DNA of 56,832 nucleotides from a virus. Taxonomy: Duplodnaviria > Caudoviricetes. The notes under the pieces were generated by a model that saw only the letters and a list, made by a program, of their open reading frames with translations, made no database searches and was not told where the DNA came from. Below are positions 8,948-17,477 of this stretch, piece by piece. The DNA lies in the IMG/VR virus record IMGVR_UViG_3300008259_004318, positions 1 to 56,832 of that record. One strand, given 5' to 3'. The first letter of the stretch is position 1, and the number at the start of each line of letters is the position of its first letter. A program made the position numbers and the translations under genes.

Positions 8948-11900
8948 ATGGAGAAAAATACATTAAATGAATTAGAAAGGATTAATATTTTGATGGGTAA
9001 TAAAAAATCAATAAAAGAAATTAGAACGTTCGCTAAAATAGGTGTTGCTGAAGCCATTGCGGAAATTAAAATAGTGATGAGAGAAAGTGCCGAAATGGTT
9101 AGAAGAGGAACTATGAGTATTGACGATTTTAAATTAAAACTTAAAGAAGATATTAAAGTTTTTGAAGAATATATTCCTGCAGAAAAATATAAACAAATCA
9201 CTCAAGAAATTGACGATACCGCCAATCTTATGGCATCACAGAAAAGGTTTAGTGACTTAGCCGACCAATTAGATAATCAATTAGATAATTTAGAAAATGA
9301 GTTAGCGCAAGTAAAAAAGAATTTTAACATTGACCTTGCTAAATTTAAAAAAGAATTGGCCGAAAGGACCCTTAGATATTATAAAAAAGCATTAAGTGCA
9401 TCTAATTTGGCTGATTATGTTGATGAAATGGTTGGTAATTTGGACGGTATTAACCCAAATTCTGGTAACCGTTATGTTGATGATGTGATAGAATTACCTA
9501 GAAATAATACAGTTCAAGCAACAGACACATGGGTAGATAATTTTGTAGAAACTTTTGTAATGAGAAGAAAGGCCAAAATAGATGCTGACCCTAATCTTTC
9601 CCAAAGTGCAAAAGACACTATGAAACAAAAGTTAGATTTAACAAAAGAAGACATAAAAAACGCAATTAAAAGAAAGATTCGTCAAGAACCTTCATATCAA
9701 GAAAAACACTTTCCTCAAGAAACCGCAAAACAAAAACAAACATCTTTGGCTATTGAACATTTGGAGGCTGATGAGGCTCAACTTTATAATGAGTTAAAAA
9801 ACAAACCTGAAAGTGAATTAACATCCGGTGAAAAACAATATATTAAAAATTGTGAAACAATAATGAATAATCCTAATAATAAAAAAGTAGTACCGGATAT
9901 AAGAATAAAGGTTAGGGATTTTAAAAATAAATACATAAACCTAACAGAGCCATGGTATAAAAATAATTTTTTAATGGATTTTTATACAAAAATTATAGAA
10001 CCAAAATTTAGATTTGTTAGACAAAGATTGTATAAATTAATTTTTGGTAGAACTACTTTTACAAAAGCATCAAAAGATAAAATATTACAAAAAATGTATT
10101 CTTCTTTTGAAAGTTTTAGATCTGACAAAATAGTTGAAATGGATTTTGCAAGAACAAAAAGAATGTTAAGGGAATTATTAGCATATAGTGAAGATGTTGC
10201 CGAATTAGAAATTAAAAATTTTGATGATTTATTTAATGACTTAGTTGAGGATTTAAGAAACCACATACCAAAAAGTGAAATGGCTAATTTTAATGAATGG
10301 GTTAAACAAGTTAAAAATACAAAAAGAACTAGAACTGATATTGGTTTTGATGAGTTATTACCACGAGCGCAAAATTCGGTAAAAGAAAGTGATGAAGCAA
10401 TAAAAGATTTAAGTAAAGACGCAAAACAAGTTGTAACAGATTTAGTATTTTTAGATATTAAAAGAATTGTAAAACCTAAATGGTGGGAATTTATAAAAAG
10501 AAAAACTTTTCAAAATCTTTTTTTAGAAGGAAAATACAGAACACCTGCAGATTACCAATTAGATATTTATAAAAAGGCGGTAGAAAACGGGTTTGATGGT
10601 ACTTTAGGTGATTTTACTAAAACTCAAGCGTCTATTGGTTTGATGCAACATTACGCATTTAAAATGGTTGTAATACCACCACTTGTTTGTGCTACTTATT
10701 TTTTATATGAATTTATCATAGAAGAAGTCATATTAAGAAGAGGAAAAGATGCGATATCTTCAGCTGATGAATATTTAGCCCTTTTAACTAAATGGTCACT
10801 TTTAGGTGTACCATTTTTAAATTTACTTGGTGAAGAAGAACAAACTTGGTTAGATACTTTTACAGGTTTTTTTCCTGGTGTATTAGACGATACTCTTTAT
10901 AATGTTGCTGATTGGGCATTTAATACAAACGCTAATGATTACGCTAATCCAGGTGAAAGAATAAAGGCAGAAACCGGAAAAGATATAACTAATTATTGGA
11001 ACCAAAATAAAGCTGAAATTAAAGACCTAAACATTGAAGATCCGAAAGACGTATATAGTAAATTAACTGCTCCCGGAATTAACGCAACTCCATTTGGTAT
11101 TGTTAATGGTAAATTTTCATTTTCTAGAAGTAACAGTCCGTGGGTTAGGGATGGTTTGATAGAAAAAAACATCGCTGAAAAAATAAGAAATCTACCTTAT
11201 AGAATAAAACAATCACCACTTACCGCTAACCCTGTAATTCTATTGACTGTTTATAAAAAAAGAGTTTTGGATAGAATGAAAGAAGAGGGCTCAGATGAAC
11301 CAAAATTAATAAAATATAAAGATGATTTTTTAAAATTTATACAAAATCCCGAAGAAGTAATAAAGCAGGTTGAAGAGATGTCTGAATTTAAAGAAAATAG
11401 CTCACCAACAATACAACCACAATTAGAAATAAATGGGAAGTGGTATACATTAACTTTAATTAAAGATAACATTTATTATTATCCAATTAGTTATAATTAC
11501 ATGATATCTATGTTAGAATCAGGTGATTTTGCAAAAACAGAAGAAGCTATTAAACCATTACAAATAAACGATCTATTTACGGTTAAAGAAAATAAAATAA
11601 TAGATATGATTAAAAAATTAATTTTAGAACAAGATGACGATAAAACCCTTAAAATGGGTAAATGGAATGGAATATTCAGTTTTCAAAAAGTCGATGAAAA
11701 AAATCCAGGTAAATTTTTAGATGTAAAAATTAAAATGGATGAAGTTATGGATAGAATGCCACATTGGAGAGAAAAATATAGCAAATTATGTAAAGAGTTA
11801 GAAAACTGTGATGATGACGGAGAAGACGATTCATTTGTAAGAGCGGTTATTGATACTCACCCCGATGTTGTTAGAATATTATTTACAAAAGGTTTGGCTC

Positions 11901-12550
11901 ATTTAACATCTAGTGAAGAACAAGAAGAATTGAATGAAGGTTTACACCGTCTATTATCTTTAATTAGAGAATCTAAAAATGTTGAGGTAGAAGTGTGGTC
12001 AGTATATAGACATCCGTCAAGTCCTGATAAGATTTGGTCATTAGTAAAAGGCGATTATAAACCAAAGGAGTTAGCGTCAATGGACGTTAAAATGCAACAG
12101 TCACCAGGTAATAAGGTAGAAAAAAAAAAGAACTCACTAGATGAGTTAAAAAAAAAAGAGTATGATGCTATAAAACTTTTATCTACTGACGAAAAAAAAG
12201 GAATAACTGAATTACCTATAAAACTAAGAAACAAGGTCAAAGAAAAAATTAAAAAAGGTTGGACAACCGAAAAACCAACGTCTAACCTTTTAAAATTTCA
12301 TAAAGAAGAGGATTTGGATTCTGTTTTAACAGATCCAATAAAACTATATAAATTAAAACCAAATAAAAGTTTTTTAGAATTTATTAAATCATCTAAAATT
12401 TCTGAAAATGTCGGTAGAGGTTTTTGTAGGGCCATACATTATGTAAAAAAAGAAATAGACATGGATACTACCGAAAATAAAAAAATAAATGAGATTTTAA
12501 AAATTTGTGAAAATAAGTTTGATGGTAAATATGGCCAAAACTATATTTAA
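8948..12550 (+). CDS. large coiled-coil hypothetical protein, putative internal virion/ejection protein
   Basis: 1200 aa, helical, central hydrophobic segments; TATTTAT at 8927-8933; LNELERINILM leader. Confidence 0.65.
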   Translation: MEKNTLNELERINILMGNKKSIKEIRTFAKIGVAEAIAEIKIVMRESAEMVRRGTMSIDDFKLKLKEDIKVFEEYIPAEKYKQITQEIDDTANLMASQKRFSDLADQLDNQLDNLENELAQVKKNFNIDLAKFKKELAERTLRYYKKALSASNLADYVDEMVGNLDGINPNSGNRYVDDVIELPRNNTVQATDTWVDNFVETFVMRRKAKIDADPNLSQSAKDTMKQKLDLTKEDIKNAIKRKIRQEPSYQEKHFPQETAKQKQTSLAIEHLEADEAQLYNELKNKPESELTSGEKQYIKNCETIMNNPNNKKVVPDIRIKVRDFKNKYINLTEPWYKNNFLMDFYTKIIEPKFRFVRQRLYKLIFGRTTFTKASKDKILQKMYSSFESFRSDKIVEMDFARTKRMLRELLAYSEDVAELEIKNFDDLFNDLVEDLRNHIPKSEMANFNEWVKQVKNTKRTRTDIGFDELLPRAQNSVKESDEAIKDLSKDAKQVVTDLVFLDIKRIVKPKWWEFIKRKTFQNLFLEGKYRTPADYQLDIYKKAVENGFDGTLGDFTKTQASIGLMQHYAFKMVVIPPLVCATYFLYEFIIEEVILRRGKDAISSADEYLALLTKWSLLGVPFLNLLGEEEQTWLDTFTGFFPGVLDDTLYNVADWAFNTNANDYANPGERIKAETGKDITNYWNQNKAEIKDLNIEDPKDVYSKLTAPGINATPFGIVNGKFSFSRSNSPWVRDGLIEKNIAEKIRNLPYRIKQSPLTANPVILLTVYKKRVLDRMKEEGSDEPKLIKYKDDFLKFIQNPEEVIKQVEEMSEFKENSSPTIQPQLEINGKWYTLTLIKDNIYYYPISYNYMISMLESGDFAKTEEAIKPLQINDLFTVKENKIIDMIKKLILEQDDDKTLKMGKWNGIFSFQKVDEKNPGKFLDVKIKMDEVMDRMPHWREKYSKLCKELENCDDDGEDDSFVRAVIDTHPDVVRILFTKGLAHLTSSEEQEELNEGLHRLLSLIRESKNVEVEVWSVYRHPSSPDKIWSLVKGDYKPKELASMDVKMQQSPGNKVEKKKNSLDELKKKEYDAIKLLSTDEKKGITELPIKLRNKVKEKIKKGWTTEKPTSNLLKFHKEEDLDSVLTDPIKLYKLKPNKSFLEFIKSSKISENVGRGFCRAIHYVKKEIDMDTTENKKINEILKICENKFDGKYGQNYI

Positions 12551-12566
12551 AAAATATTTATTTTAA

Positions 12567-14876
12567 ATGAAAAAAAGATTTATTATATCTGAGTCTGAAA
12601 AAAAGACAATACTTGGTTTGTATAAGTTAATAAAAGAAGACACCAATACTTTTACTTATGATGTTGGGGATTATTTTAAAGTTAATAGTTACTCAAGTGA
12701 CATGGTTTACGAAATCACTAAAAAAGACGAAACTAAAGACAAATATATTTTAAATAAATATACAAAAGAAAGTGATGGTAAAATAGAAAAAATACAACAA
12801 GAACTGTCCAGAGATGGTTTTGAGGATCTCGTTACTGACGAAGTACTCATAAAAATGAAAGATAAAACGGAATTTGATGACTGGTATAATAACAAAACCA
12901 TTAATATTAAAAAAGTTGTAAGTACATCTAATGATGTAAAAATTGGTGATGCTTATAAAAACGCTAAGGATTATGGTCAACATTACAAAATTTTATCTTT
13001 AGATGAGACCACAAAAGACTATAAAGTTAATTTTTCAGGTTATGATGGTGGAGGTAATTTTGATACTACGGAAATACAATTATCACCTGATTGGTTTGAA
13101 AAAAACTTAAAATCTAATGAGATTATAAAAATTACTGAAGAAGAATATAATAGTTTTATTGAAAAACATAAGTACGATAGTATTGGTTGTGGTTATGATA
13201 AGACTAAAGGAACTATTTTAGGAGATGTTACAGAAATACCAAGAAATGGAATTGCTAAATTTGAAGGAACAATAAACGGTAAAGAAGTTTCAATAAATGG
13301 TTGTTTTAACAAAGGAAGTGCTATTTTAACTTACGACGAAGGTGAAACAGGATCGAGAGGAAATTTTAAAGGACATTATTATTCTAACGACACCACAGAA
13401 CCATTTTCTTTTAGTGGTAATTCTGGATTTTCTAATAATTTTTTAGCAGGTACTTTAGATAATGATAATGAAACAGATATTGAAGAATATAGAGGTAATT
13501 TTCATACAAGAACATGGACTTATAGTGGGTATTTTACAAAAGAAGGAAAAATCGGAGAGTCGAATCCTGAAATTTTAATCCCTGATAGTGGATCATTTAA
13601 GATTAATAAAACACCAACAATTTTATTTGCTTTAGGTGATTATTATTATGGAGAATTTAAAGATTCTAAAATTGACGGAAAAGGTGTTTATTATTTTGCA
13701 GATAATGGACTAAAATTACAAGGAGAGTTTAAAACAGTAGAGGAGGAAGGTGGCGTTTCATATTCATGTAAGTTAACTTCAGGAGAAGATATTCCTAATA
13801 TATTTGAATACAAAGAAAGGTATGATTTAGAAAAAAATAAGAAAAAAGAAGATAAAAGTTTTGGAGTTTTAAAAAAAGGAAAACTTAAAGGAACGACTTT
13901 TTTTGAAACTACTATAAAAAATACTGAAACTAAGGAAGAAAAAAAATTAAACGGAATATTACCTTATGTTAACATAAAAGTTCAAAACAAAAGGTACAAA
14001 GACATTATATTTGAAATAAAAAGTGATGAAAATGGGAATTTTGAATTTGAAGATTTGCCTTTTGGTGTGTATAAAATTCTTGCTGCTTACGATAAAGGTA
14101 ACGGGTTAGGTTTTGTATTACCAAGTCAGGGAATTTTCAAAAAAAATGAAGTTACTTTTGATGTTGATGGGAAAAGAAAAAATTTAACCTTATCACCAAC
14201 AAGAGGGACAAAAAAAATAGATAACCAAGAAGCAACCGAAATCCCTGAGTTTTTTAAAAACATAAATTCAAAAAATTATGTAGAACAAAGATTAAATCTT
14301 GAGTATTCTAAATATGAATATGAAAAATATTTAAAATCATCTAAACAAGAAATTGAGGACTATACAGATAAAAAAACTTTACAATTTTGTAAAAAAGAAA
14401 CGACATTATATGCTAAAATGGTTAGAGATCTATATAATGGAGTAATTACAAAAGAAATGGTAAAGTCCCCACAAAACCTACAACCAACAAAAGACTTTTT
14501 AAAAAGTTGTTATATGAGATATAAAAATGATTCTAAATTTTTTAATTATAAAAAGAATGAAGACTTAGTTTTATTAATGAATCCTGGTAATGATTTGTAT
14601 GGTTTTAAGATTGTTTTAGAACATAAAGATATTTATAGAAAAAATACAGACATGAGTATTACTAACTCAATAAGAAAAGTCATTAAAGAACACAGTCAAG
14701 TTAAAAAAGATTCTTTAATTGAAAATGAAATAATAAGAAATAGAATAAATTTTGTTATTAGAAATTCTAATAATCAAAATGTTAGAAAAAAATTAATAGA
14801 AGAATCAAAAAAATTAATTCACAACGGTTATAATGAAAAATTTGTAAAAAGTTTATTGAAAAAATTATTAAATTAA
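12567..14876 (+). CDS. hypothetical protein with MORN-like repeats and a carboxypeptidase-regulatory-like domain
   Basis: YYGEFKDSKIDGKGVYYFADNG (MORN-like); IKSDENGNFEFEDLPFGVYKI; TATTTAT at 12555-12561. Confidence 0.65.
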   Translation: MKKRFIISESEKKTILGLYKLIKEDTNTFTYDVGDYFKVNSYSSDMVYEITKKDETKDKYILNKYTKESDGKIEKIQQELSRDGFEDLVTDEVLIKMKDKTEFDDWYNNKTINIKKVVSTSNDVKIGDAYKNAKDYGQHYKILSLDETTKDYKVNFSGYDGGGNFDTTEIQLSPDWFEKNLKSNEIIKITEEEYNSFIEKHKYDSIGCGYDKTKGTILGDVTEIPRNGIAKFEGTINGKEVSINGCFNKGSAILTYDEGETGSRGNFKGHYYSNDTTEPFSFSGNSGFSNNFLAGTLDNDNETDIEEYRGNFHTRTWTYSGYFTKEGKIGESNPEILIPDSGSFKINKTPTILFALGDYYYGEFKDSKIDGKGVYYFADNGLKLQGEFKTVEEEGGVSYSCKLTSGEDIPNIFEYKERYDLEKNKKKEDKSFGVLKKGKLKGTTFFETTIKNTETKEEKKLNGILPYVNIKVQNKRYKDIIFEIKSDENGNFEFEDLPFGVYKILAAYDKGNGLGFVLPSQGIFKKNEVTFDVDGKRKNLTLSPTRGTKKIDNQEATEIPEFFKNINSKNYVEQRLNLEYSKYEYEKYLKSSKQEIEDYTDKKTLQFCKKETTLYAKMVRDLYNGVITKEMVKSPQNLQPTKDFLKSCYMRYKNDSKFFNYKKNEDLVLLMNPGNDLYGFKIVLEHKDIYRKNTDMSITNSIRKVIKEHSQVKKDSLIENEIIRNRINFVIRNSNNQNVRKKLIEESKKLIHNGYNEKFVKSLLKKLLN

Positions 14877-15008
14877 TATCGCTTAGTCATCGGCGATTAA
14901 TAAGGACGATGACGGGGTTTTTGAGTAGTTTCTTAAATCCATAAACCTTAAAGAAAGGGAGGTGTTCCAAAATCTAAGAAAGGTGTTTCGAAAGAAACAC
15001 CTTTTCTT
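14877..15008 (+). ncRNA. candidate structured ncRNA with an extended 16S rRNA 3'-end-complementary tract
   Basis: Pairings ATCGC/GCGAT, GTCATCG/CGATGAC (pseudoknot) and TAAGG/CCTTA; AGAAAGGGAGGTGTTCCA at 14952-14969; no start codon follows; terminator downstream. Confidence 0.55.
14979..15008 (+). terminator. intrinsic terminator
   Basis: AAAGGTGTTTC-GAAA-GAAACACCTTT perfect 11-bp stem, GNRA loop, pyrimidine tail. Confidence 0.75.
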
Positions 15009-15029
15009 CTATTAGGGTATTTATTATAT

Positions 15030-15800
15030 ATGGAATTTAATATCAGAAAAAAAGCAACGTTACCATATTTAGAATTAGATTTACATAAATCAGGTAGGTT
15101 AGATTATAATTTAAAAAATACTAACTTGTCAGATGCAACAATCTATTTATACATGAAAAATGTAGAAACAGGTGTGTATAAAATCGCAAAAGGTTTATGT
15201 ACATATTCACAAGAAAACAATTCCATTTATTATCAATTTACAAAAAAAAATACATCGGACATTGGAAGATTTGAAATCGAGTTTAGGGTTTCAAACGATC
15301 AAGGTGAAATTATTTTACCATTAACTGAAAAAATATTTGTCAATATTTTAGAGTCTTTCTCGAATAGTGATTTTTGTTGTGGACCAAATGCGATTATACC
15401 ACCAACACCGGTAACACCTACTCCGACTCCGACACCGACTCCAACACCGACTCCAACACCTGGACCTGAACCTCCTAAATTCTACTACGGTAAATTTACA
15501 GGTACGACAGTAACTTCAGGAGATGTGTTAACATTAAATGTTATAAGTACAAATAGTGCTGTTGGTAAATATGTTGAGTTCTTACCTGGTTTAGGATATG
15601 GTTATACGATTATACCAACATCGTTTACACAACCTGATAGATTTGTTAATAGTACTAATGGTTGTGATGGTATAATAATTCCAACAAATAATATTGGAAC
15701 TGTCGTAGTTAACGACATAAACGGATTCCCTGTAACGTATAATGTTTATAGAACATTCTACAAATTTAACGGACAATCTTATAGTTACATGTGTTTATAA
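15030..15800 (+). CDS. putative baseplate/tail appendage protein (BppU_N-like N-terminus, PT linker)
   Basis: FNIRKKATLPYL...YQF...DIGRFEIEF pattern, then (PT)n linker and a beta-rich C-domain. Confidence 0.55.
   Translation: MEFNIRKKATLPYLELDLHKSGRLDYNLKNTNLSDATIYLYMKNVETGVYKIAKGLCTYSQENNSIYYQFTKKNTSDIGRFEIEFRVSNDQGEIILPLTEKIFVNILESFSNSDFCCGPNAIIPPTPVTPTPTPTPTPTPTPTPGPEPPKFYYGKFTGTTVTSGDVLTLNVISTNSAVGKYVEFLPGLGYGYTIIPTSFTQPDRFVNSTNGCDGIIIPTNNIGTVVVNDINGFPVTYNVYRTFYKFNGQSYSYMCL
15400..15477 (+). repeat. (Pro-Thr)n coding linker
   Basis: PPTPVTPTPTPTPTPTPTPTPGPEPP encoded by CCN-ACN repeats. Confidence 0.9.
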
Positions 15801-15803
15801 AAA

Positions 15804-16227
15804 ATGGGAAGTTTTAGTTTAGGTTGTCGGTGTTAGTGGTGGTACACAATACTTTAAATTAAAACAATCACCTTGGAATTACACAATTAGTGATTGGTCT
15901 GATTTTAACCCTGGTGGTTCTTTTACGGGTGGTACAGGAAGTTGTATTACTGAACTTTATATTGAAAATTTATATGACTGTGTTAGTGGTATAACTTTAC
16001 ATGGTGATATTATACCTGTTACAGATGATACGATAAATTTAGGAACACCATTAAAAAGATTTAGAGACATAAATACGGTTAGTGGGACAACAACAGTTTG
16101 GACTGCAACAACAAGAGTATATACACCCGAATTAGATTTAGGTTTAGACGGTTTAGGAAACCAAAGAACGATAACTGCAAATAATTCAGTAATTCAAAAC
16201 GACACTTTAAATGGTGGTGCATTTTGA
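15804..16227 (+). pseudogene. broken tail-associated gene (start codon out of frame with the body)
   Basis: ATG at 15804 (MGSFSL...) stops at 15836. A different frame is open 15823-16227 (VVGVSGGTQYFKLKQSPW...QNDTLNGGAF) with no start codon and resembles the neighbouring fibre proteins. Confidence 0.75.
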
Positions 16228-16258
16228 AAGTAAATAATATTTATTAAAAAAAGAAAAA

Positions 16259-17422
16259 ATGGCAATAAGACAAACCCGATTTCAGATAAAAAGCAATCAA
16301 AACTCGGCAGCACCATTTTCAGGTGCAACACTTTTAGTTGGGGAACCAATTGTTAATACCGCAGCAGGTATTATGATGTTTTCAGGGGTAACCACAGGAA
16401 CAAATGATTGGACACCTGCAGGTCTTGGTGGGAACGCAAACTTTTTTGAAGTCGGTTCAAATCTATATGATTTAAGATTAAGAAATAGAATAACTCAATA
16501 TGAGGGTGTTTCAGGCGTCGGATTACAAGGAAAAATTCTTTCAGGTACCACAAACGGATTTGTATTAGTAGATGCAAATAATATTAATGGTATTAGCGCA
16601 TTTACCTACAACGAATTAACAAACACTTTTACAATTTTTGATAGTAATGGTACAGAATATCCAGCAACTATTCAGTCTGTTAGTGGTCTTACAATAAATG
16701 GTAATTTAAGTGTTACGGGAAATAGTGTTTTAAACTTTTTAACCGCAACAACAATTAGCGCAACAACAATAAATGTTGATAACATTAATTCTAATGGTGA
16801 TTTAACAATTAATAATCTAACAGTAACAGGTAACACTTCATTACAAGCAACATCTGCAACAACATTTAGCGCAACTAGTGTTAATATTGGTGGTTTAGGT
16901 ACAAATAGGGTTATATATACAACAGGATCAGGACAATTAACCACTGAAAGTAATTTCACATATGATGAAGGTGCGGACACTTTAGGTGTTAATAATATTG
17001 AAGTATCAAATGATGTTACAATTCAAGGTAGTTTAACCGTATTTGGTCAATCCGTATCCGCTTTTACATCAAACCTTTATGTTGAGGATCCAAACATTAC
17101 TTTAAATTATAACCCAACAGGATCAACAACAGTGACTTCAGTTAATTCAGGGTTTGTAATTCAAGATGGAAATGGTGTTTCTTTGGGTGATGTAAATTGG
17201 GACGTTGTAAGAATGCAAAACCTAACAGGGTTGACTGCAACACAAATACCTTCTGTTAGTGAATATACGGGACCAACAGGTTATGAAAATAGAGGTTGGA
17301 TTACACAATTAAACGATATTGTAATTAGAAGTACAGATCCTACTGATGGTGGTGTTGCGGGTGATATCACAGGTGTTAGAGTTCTTACGGAATTTGATAC
17401 GCTCGATGGGGGGACTTACTAA
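16259..17422 (+). CDS. tail fibre/appendage-like protein
   Basis: LLVGEPIVNT N-motif, T/G/N-rich beta repeats, LYVEDPNITLN, C-terminal LDGGTY. Confidence 0.7.
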   Translation: MAIRQTRFQIKSNQNSAAPFSGATLLVGEPIVNTAAGIMMFSGVTTGTNDWTPAGLGGNANFFEVGSNLYDLRLRNRITQYEGVSGVGLQGKILSGTTNGFVLVDANNINGISAFTYNELTNTFTIFDSNGTEYPATIQSVSGLTINGNLSVTGNSVLNFLTATTISATTINVDNINSNGDLTINNLTVTGNTSLQATSATTFSATSVNIGGLGTNRVIYTTGSGQLTTESNFTYDEGADTLGVNNIEVSNDVTIQGSLTVFGQSVSAFTSNLYVEDPNITLNYNPTGSTTVTSVNSGFVIQDGNGVSLGDVNWDVVRMQNLTGLTATQIPSVSEYTGPTGYENRGWITQLNDIVIRSTDPTDGGVAGDITGVRVLTEFDTLDGGTY

Positions 17423-17439
17423 AATATTTATTTTATAAA

Positions 17440-17455
17440 AAGGTTATATAACCTT
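17440..17455. promoter_or_regulatory. perfect 16-bp palindrome AAGGTTATATAACCTT
   Basis: Lies between TATTTAT (17425-17431) and the ATG at 17478; function unknown. Confidence 0.4.
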
Positions 17456-17477
17456 AATACATAATTAAGTCATAAAT

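Noticed and set aside
14952-14969. Captured rRNA gene fragment
   Set aside because: Similarity is limited to about 18 nt; the flanks do not continue as 16S sequence (no GCCGCA).
14952-15030. GGAGG tract as the ribosome-binding site for the gene at 15030
   Set aside because: About 65 nt from the ATG, separated by a terminator, and that gene has its own TATTTAT.
15804-16227. Stop-codon reassignment (TAG read-through)
   Set aside because: Core genes read through normally with code 11, and the ATG and gene body are in different frames, so read-through would not join them.
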